Shown here one piece after another: positions 56,401 to 64,000 of a stretch of 64,000 bases of DNA. The translations under genes were made by a program, and so were the position numbers. A model generated the notes under the pieces. The model ran no database searches, was not told the DNA's origin, and was given only the letters and a program-made list of their open reading frames with translations. Numbering within the stretch: position 1 is the stretch's first letter; every line of letters begins with the position of its first letter. The stretch is from Eledone cirrhosa (taxonomy: Eukaryota): the NCBI GenBank assembly GCA_964016885.1, contig OZ024757.1:12710001-12774000 (forward strand), read 5' to 3'.

Positions 56401-56760
56401 CTAAGACATTTGCCTACGACTAGTCTCGCAGAGGCACCTCTCCATCTCACCTCTTGCACGCAGCACACATCCACCTGCCTTCTCTCCAGCATCTCCGCTA
56501 TTTCAGCAGATCTACCTCTGAGAGTGCCAACATTAAGTGTTGCAATTCTGAGATGCGACGTCTTCATATTTTGTTGTTGTTCCTATTTGTTGCTGTGCTG
56601 ATAAGCGTTTTGGCATTGATACAGTGGTTGGATGCCCTTCCTAACACCAGCGCCACTTTACAGCATGGACTGGGTGCTTTTATTTGTGCCACCAGCACTA
56701 GAGAGGATGTCTTACCAGACTTAAGGGCCCTCTCTACCCCTCCATTTTACAGCATGGTCG
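53477..56760 (-). mobile_element. Near-intact full-length RTE LINE lineage A (APE + RT + PHD-like finger)
   Basis: ORFs 55848..56567 (TLNVGTL, VQEVRW, GDFN), 55010..55792 and 53504..54964 (YADD); one frameshift near 55890 and one in-frame TGA at 55010. Confidence 0.95.
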
Positions 56761-56987
56761 AAAAAAAAAAAAATTATTGACACGACCCACACACACACAC
56801 TCACACACCAACACTCATGCATACAAACCACAACCACACACACGCCATTCACACACCAACACTCATTCATGCATACAATCACACACACCACTCACAAACA
56901 CACACATATATATATATTATCGACAGTACTGATACAAATACATGTATATATATATATATATACATACATGTATATATATATATATAT

Positions 56988-57173
<186 letters not shown>

Positions 57174-57227
57174 ATATAAAATAAAGTTAAATAAAAGTCA
57201 AATGATTAAAATTTAGCTTCGTTTATT

Positions 57228-57282
57228 ACTGCTATATATATTTCAGTGACAGCCATCTTTGGCTGTGACCTCTTCAGGCAGT
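57228..57282 (-). ncRNA. Type I hammerhead ribozyme motif (left arm)
   Basis: Reverse complement of 57396-57450. Confidence 0.8.
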
Positions 57283-57395
57283 TTGAATTAGTATGGTATA
57301 GACAAGTACATATGTTGTTTAGGTGTATAATATTGTCAATACTCTGATATGCCCAGTTCCTTGTTGGGTTGTTAATTCACTGCATACTAATTCAA

Positions 57396-57450
57396 ACTGC
57401 CTGAAGAGGTCACAGCCAAAGATGGCTGTCACTGAAATATATATAGCAGT
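57396..57450 (+). ncRNA. Type I hammerhead ribozyme motif followed by AATAAA
   Basis: actgc CTGAAGA ggtcacagcc aaagat ggctgtcact GAAA tatata TA gcagt AATAAA. Confidence 0.8.
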
Positions 57451-57729
57451 AATAAACGAAGCTAAATTTTAATCATTTGACTTTTATTTAACTTTATTTT
57501 ACACTACTCCGGAGTAACCAAACCAACCTGCGCACTTCGTCGAGTGCTCCAGCCTGCATACTGAGGTGTTGGTATACAACCAACATAAACTCAAAATCTA
57601 CATGTATATATATATATATATATATATGATAATAAGGGCGCTGCGGAGTTGCAAATGGGTTACATATGAAAAAAGTTTGTCCTTCATAAGTGATCTTCCA
57701 ACTATCATAGGCATTTCATCGCTTTAAAT

Positions 57730-58404
57730 ATATATATATGTAGATACACACACACATACACATATATATATGTAGATACACACACACACATATATATATA
57801 TACACACACACACACACATACACATATATATTAATATATGTAGATTCACACACACACATATATGTAGATACACACACACACACATACCTATATGTAGATA
57901 CACACATATATATATATGTAAATACACATACACCACACATATATATATATATATATATATATGTAGATACACACACATAGATATATATAATTAGATGCAC
58001 ACACACATATATATATTTATAAGTAGATACACACACACACATATATATATATGTAGATACACACATATATATAGATGTAAATACACACATACACACACAT
58101 ATATATATGTAGATACACACACACACACATATGTAGATACACACACACACATATATATAGATACACACACACATACACATATATATATAGATACACACAC
58201 ACACACACATAAACATATATATGTAGATACACACACACGCACACACATATATATGTAGAGACACACACAAACATATATATATATGTGTAGATACACACAT
58301 ATATACATATGTAGATACACACATATATATATGTAGGTACTCACACAGACACATATATATATATATGTAGATACACGCACACACATACACATATATATGT
58401 AGAT

Positions 58405-58436
<32 letters not shown>

Positions 58437-58494
58437 GTAGATACACACGCACACACATATATATACATACACACACACACATATATATGTAGAT

Positions 58495-58526
<32 letters not shown>

Positions 58527-58566
58527 GTAGATACACACACACATACATGTAGATACACACATGCAT

Positions 58567-58603
<37 letters not shown>

Positions 58604-59060
58604 GACACACATACACACATATATATTTATATAGATACACACACACATATATATATATATATGTAGATACACACACACATATATATATGTAGATACACAC
58701 ACACACATATATATATATGTAAATACACACATATATATATAGATGTAAATACACACATACACACACATATATATATATGTAGATACACAGACACATACAT
58801 ATATATATACACACACACATATATATATGTAGACACACATACACACATATATATATAGATAGACACACACACACATATATATATATGTAGATACACACAC
58901 ACATATATATATATGTAGATACACACACACATATATATATGTAGATACACACACACATATATATATATGTAAATAAACACATATATATATAGATGTAAAT
59001 ACACACATACACACACATATATATATATATATGTAGATACACAGACACATACATATATAT

Positions 59061-59092
<32 letters not shown>

Positions 59093-59098
59093 GTAGAT

Positions 59099-59129
<31 letters not shown>

Positions 59130-59633
59130 CACAGACATATATATATATATATATACACACACACCCATACACATATATATATATATATGTAGATACACAC
59201 ACACACACATATATGTAGATACACATACACACACACATATATGTAGATGCACACACACGCACACACACGCACACACATATATATGTAGATACACACACAC
59301 ACACACACACCTATATGTGTAGATACACACACGCACACATATATATATGTAGATACACACACACACATATATGTAGATACACACACACACATATATATAT
59401 AGATACACACGCATACACATATATATGTAGATACATACACATATATATGTAGATACACACACACGCACACACATATATATGTAGATACACACACACACAT
59501 ATATATATATGTAGATACACACACAAACATATATATATGTGTAGATACACACATATATACATATGTAGATACACACACATATATATATATATGTAGGTAC
59601 ACACACACACATATATATATATATATGTATATT

Positions 59634-59666
<33 letters not shown>

Positions 59667-59830
59667 GTAGATACACACACACATACACATATATATGTGT
59701 AGATACACACACACATATATATGTAGATACACACATACATACACACATACATACACATATATATAGATATAGATACACACACACATATATATATATATGT
59801 AGATACACACACACATATATATATGTAGAT

Positions 59831-59857
<27 letters not shown>
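57730..59857. repeat. Compound satellite (AT)n-GTAGAT-(AC)n
   Basis: Dozens of atatgtagatacacac units; also at 61460-61730. Confidence 0.95.
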
Positions 59858-59862
<5 letters not shown>

Positions 59863-59974
59863 TAATAGGAGGAATTCCAGCTTTGTCTGATTTACTCGTT
59901 TTATTTACAATCCTTTAAAATGTATAATGGTATTAATATGAAATAGTATGATAGAATATTAAATGTTAAGTGTT

Positions 59975-60019
59975 AATTGAACAAGTACTTTCATGCTTTC
60001 GCAATCTTCAGGTTCAATT
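59975..60019 (-). ncRNA. Minimal type I hammerhead motif (left arm)
   Basis: Reverse complement of 60068-60112. Confidence 0.75.
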
Positions 60020-60067
60020 GTGTGGTGACAGTAAAGTTTGCAATTTTCAACTTGACTGTCACCACAC

Positions 60068-60112
60068 AATTGAACCTGAAGATTGCGAAAGCATGAAAGT
60101 ACTTGTTCAATT
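60068..60112 (+). ncRNA. Minimal type I hammerhead motif
   Basis: aattgaac CTGAAGA t tgc gaaa gca t GAAA gta CTT gttcaatt: 8-bp stem I, GNRA loop II, palindromic stem III. Confidence 0.75.
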
Positions 60113-60269
60113 AACACTTAACATTTAATATTCTATCATACTATTTCATTATAATACCTTTATACATTTTAAAGGATTGTAAATAAAACGAGTAAATCAT
60201 ACAAAGTTGGAATTCCTCTTATTAATATAATCTTCTATACACAATCATACACACCCGTGTATATTTATC

Positions 60270-60330
<61 letters not shown>

Positions 60331-60397
60331 TCACACACATAGATATATATATATAGATAGATACACACACACACATATATATATGTAGATACACACA

Positions 60398-61560
60398 CAT
60401 CATCATCAGCATCATGGTTTGACGTGCATCTTCCACGCTACCATGGGCTTGGACGGGAATTGTCCCACTTGAGGCAACATTGGTTGTCTTGCTCAGGACT
60501 GTCTGGTGGGTTTTCTACGGCTGGATGCCCTTCCTAACACCAACCGTTTACAGTGTGGACTGGGAGGTTTTTACCGTGTTACCTACATGGCCACATTACA
60601 GCGTGGGCTGTGTGTTTTTTTGTTGTGACACCTACACAACTTCATTTATTTCGGACTGGATGTTATGTTAACAACATAACTTCACATTGAAGGGGGTGGT
60701 GTGCATGGCGTGGGGTAGTGTATTTTTGTTAGAGGTGCCTACTGACTGTAGGTTTCACTTTGTACTTAGGCAAGGCGGGTCTTCTGTATTACTGTGTAGC
60801 GCCAAAGATCTCAGTCCAGTGACATTGTCTTGGAGAGGTGTAAGTGTGTGAGGTCGGAATATATCACCCTCCACCACTGCTGATTTTGTCACCCAGGTAA
60901 CGGAAGGTGTTCACTATTTCTATAGAACCATCTGTGCAATGGAATGAGCTAGTATCCTGTGGGCACTTGCTGCTACTTATTGTACCTGAGCACCGGCCAC
61001 ATATAAAATCTATATTCTTAGTGAGCTTACCTGTGATCCCACTACATCTTTTATGCACCCATACTTTGCATTTTGGACATAAAATGAAGTTTCTGCCTAC
61101 TCCTTTCCTACACACTGAGCATGGCCATTTCCCAGATGGGACCGGTGCCCTATATTTTTTAGTCTTAGACAGGTTAATTTTAAGGCCTTTTGATTATACA
61201 TCAAATGAGGTCGTGTAGGTGTCACGACAAAAAAACACACAGTCCACGCTGTAATGTGGCCGTGTAGGTAACACGGTAAAAACCTCCCAGTCCACACTGT
61301 AAATGTGGTTGGTGTTAGGAAGGGCATCCAGCCGTAGAAAACCCGCCAGACAGTCCTATGCGAGCAAGACAACGACTCTTGCCTCAAGTGGGAAAACTCC
61401 CGTCCAAACCCATGCAAGCGTGGAATATGGACGTTAAACGATGATGATGATGATGATGATATATATATACATGTAGATACACATATATATATATATGTAG
61501 ATACACACACACACACATATATATATGTAGATACACACACACATACACACACACACACAC

Positions 61561-61605
<45 letters not shown>

Positions 61606-61930
61606 TATATATATATGTAGATATACACACACATATATATATATATATATGTAGATACACACACACACATATATATATATAGACACACACATATATATAT
61701 ATATGTAGATACACACACACACACACATGTATATATATATATATATTTATATATATATCATCATTCCTCATCATCATTTCATTTTACGTCCGTCTTTTCC
61801 CTGCATGCAAGGGTGGGATGGGAACTGATTCTGGCTTGATTTCTACAGCTGGATGCCCTTCCTAACACCAACCTCATTTACAGTGAGTGGTGGGTGCTTT
61901 TTTGCCGTGGCACCTCCACGACCACATTGC
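60398..61930. mobile_element. Cluster of RTE lineage B fragments and 3' tails in both orientations
   Basis: ORF 60864..61115 with the Cys cluster; tails at 60398 (-), 61460 (+) and 61760 (-). Confidence 0.8.
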
Positions 61931-61964
61931 AGTAGAATGATATGGACCCCAGTCCCTATCATCT

Positions 61965-62103
61965 CATTTCTACAGCTGAGTAAACTGGAGCAATGTGAAA
62001 TCAAGTGTCTTGCTCAAGGAAACAACACATCACCCGGTCTGAGAATTGAACTCACAACCTTTCGATTGCAAGGCCAATGCACTAACCACTAAGCCATGTG
62101 CCT
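61965..62103 (-). mobile_element. tRNA-derived SINE
   Basis: ggcacatggcttagtggttag...gagttcaattc...ccttgagcaagacac. Confidence 0.8.
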
Positions 62104-62104
62104 C

Positions 62105-62109
<5 letters not shown>

Positions 62110-62170
<61 letters not shown>

Positions 62171-62247
62171 ATATATATATGTATATATATATATGTATAT
62201 ATATGTATATATATATGTATATATATATATATGTATGTATATATGTG

Positions 62248-62329
<82 letters not shown>

Positions 62330-62337
62330 TATGTATG

Positions 62338-62422
<85 letters not shown>

Positions 62423-62427
62423 GTATG

Positions 62428-62474
<47 letters not shown>

Positions 62475-62495
62475 GTATATACATATATGTATATA

Positions 62496-62538
<43 letters not shown>

Positions 62539-62598
62539 ATATATATATGTATATATATATGTATATATATATATGTATATATATATATATGTATATAT
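62110..62598. repeat. Long (TA)n microsatellite
   Basis: Direct inspection. Confidence 0.95.
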
Positions 62599-64000
62599 AA
62601 CGAAGGAAATGTGGTAAGGAACCAGGTGGACCATAACGCACCAAAGTACTCAATACTTGAGGTAGTAGAGTGGGTAATAGGAACCAGTAAGACCCCGACA
62701 GCTGAGCTCAAGCCGTTTCGACGGCTAATTCTGGACTAAATGAACATTTATCCTGGTATTTAAATAGCCGATCTTCTCAAGGGGTAATTCCATATATGGT
62801 CAAAGTGATTGTCAAAAATCAGTAGTAATTCTGTGGTTGCAAATTAGTAGGGGAGATGGTGGCTAAACCTGCCAGTAGGAGAAAGAGGGGAGGGGGTGGA
62901 GTAGACCCAATCAAGCGTTGGTAGTGCCAGCTACAGCTGGGCATGAGGTCAAAGAAGATACAGGGGAGGGGGAGGGGGAGGAAGTCGGAACGGTAGGTAG
63001 AACAATGGGGGGTAGAAATAGGAAAGAAAAAATACTGAGAGTGAAGGAAAGCAAATAAGTGTAAAGAAAAAATTAAATTCTACGACCTAGGTGTCAGGCT
63101 ATTGTTAGGCGAGAATAAAATAAAGAAAGAAAGAAAGAAGTAAATAAATAAATAAATAAATAAATAAGGAAATAAGTATAGAACTAGGTGGGACGAATTA
63201 GGCAAGGACCCTTTTAAGAGGTATAAGTACGTAAATGATACGGTGACTGGTCAACAAAAGGGGCCAAAATACTAAAGAGACTACCACGAAATAAACAATA
63301 AAGGTTTCCATCCCGGGCCAGCAACGACCCAGTGCAGCAAAGTGAACTTGTACGACATAATAATTCTGAGTCCCGAGAAAAATATATACTAATGCTAACT
63401 CTAAAAGATCTAAAACAAGCTACATGAAAGTTCGTACGAAATAAAGGTAGAATACGGAGAAATAAGTTCAGAATCCACCCCGCCCAGAAGAAAAGCGAAG
63501 CAAGAAATACTGAAACGAAAAAAATAAGGCATAAGTGCCACTAAGAAATATAGAGGACACAGAGAATAGTGGGAGCGGTCGGAAAAGGGGGGCAAGTATC
63601 CGGGGTCTAAGCCAACTGCTATAAAGGGCGGAGTCCGCCAAATCTATCAAAGACTAGGGGAGGGGGGAGTGGGGGTACTAAGGCTACATGGGGCCAAAGG
63701 GCAGCCTCGGGTGGGCGAGAAAAGACGCCGACAAAGGAGAAGAGCTGGGGTAGAAGGACAAAGGAGAGAGGGGGGAAGGAAATAAAGGATGCGATAAATG
63801 AATACAAAGAAGATCTTACGTCTTCCTTGGCAAGCAGGGGTTACCCATTGCAAAATCGGCAACTGGGGTGTTATAGCCCTAGTCTACCCCCCCGGGTCAT
63901 TATGGGGTTTGAGGGCGAGGTAAGTCCTACGCAATCTATGTTTACATGCAGTAACCAGTTCATCTTTCTTGTTTAGGAGTTGGTCCGTCGAAAACAGCAT
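62599..64000 (-). mobile_element. 3' part of a Penelope-like retroelement (ORF C-terminus, 3' region, pLTR hammerhead)
   Basis: Frame 64000->63884 reads MLFSTDQLLNKKDELVTACKHRLRRTYLALKPHNDPGG*; hammerhead at 62692-62785; ends in (TA)n. Confidence 0.6.
62692..62785 (-). ncRNA. Type I hammerhead motif with U3-A8 covariant core
   Basis: acccc TTGAGAA ga(t)cggcta..tagccgtc GAAA cggct tgagctc agct GTC ggggt. Confidence 0.75.

Larger units (their letters stand above)
57178..57500. mobile_element. Palindromic mini-element, 118-bp inverted arms each carrying a hammerhead
   Basis: Arms 57178-57295 and 57383-57500. Confidence 0.85.
59858..60229. mobile_element. Palindromic mini-element, ~180-bp inverted arms each carrying a hammerhead
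   Basis: Arms ~59858-60038 and ~60049-60229; (TA)n on both sides. Confidence 0.85.

Noticed and set aside
63700-63884. SECIS element after the PLE-like ORF stop
   Set aside because: No AUGA/GA quartet with a correctly spaced AA loop seen

Overview
Eukaryotic, AT-rich, microsatellite-laden genomic DNA, most consistent with a coleoid cephalopod (octopus-like). The taxon is inferred from the [16 protein letters not shown]-type C2H2 arrays, RTE LINEs with (TGA)n tails and tRNA-derived SINEs. Host genes: (i) a tandem segmental-duplication cluster of minus-strand C2H2 zinc-finger genes, comprising a 20-finger ORF at 22691-24418, a stop-interrupted paralogue at about 12240-13380, and the upstream part of a third copy running off the left edge; (ii) two 138-bp phase-1/phase-1 EGF-like exons at 48519-48656 and 50628-50765. 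Mobile DNA: many RTE LINE copies of three lineages, two of which carry a PHD-like finger after the RT core; a decayed Rep-helicase Helitron fused head-to-tail to a non-autonomous derivative; a DD37D (maT) element; SINEs; a 5S rRNA fragment. The main unannotated signal is ten well-formed type-I hammerhead ribozyme motifs, plus one degenerate, from about seven unrelated sequence families. They lie in palindromic or partial-tandem-plus-inversion mini-elements whose 3' ends face (TA)n microsatellites. A Penelope-like ORF C-terminus at the right edge is a candidate helper. All ribozyme folds were paired by eye and their activity is untested; repeat boundaries are approximate.
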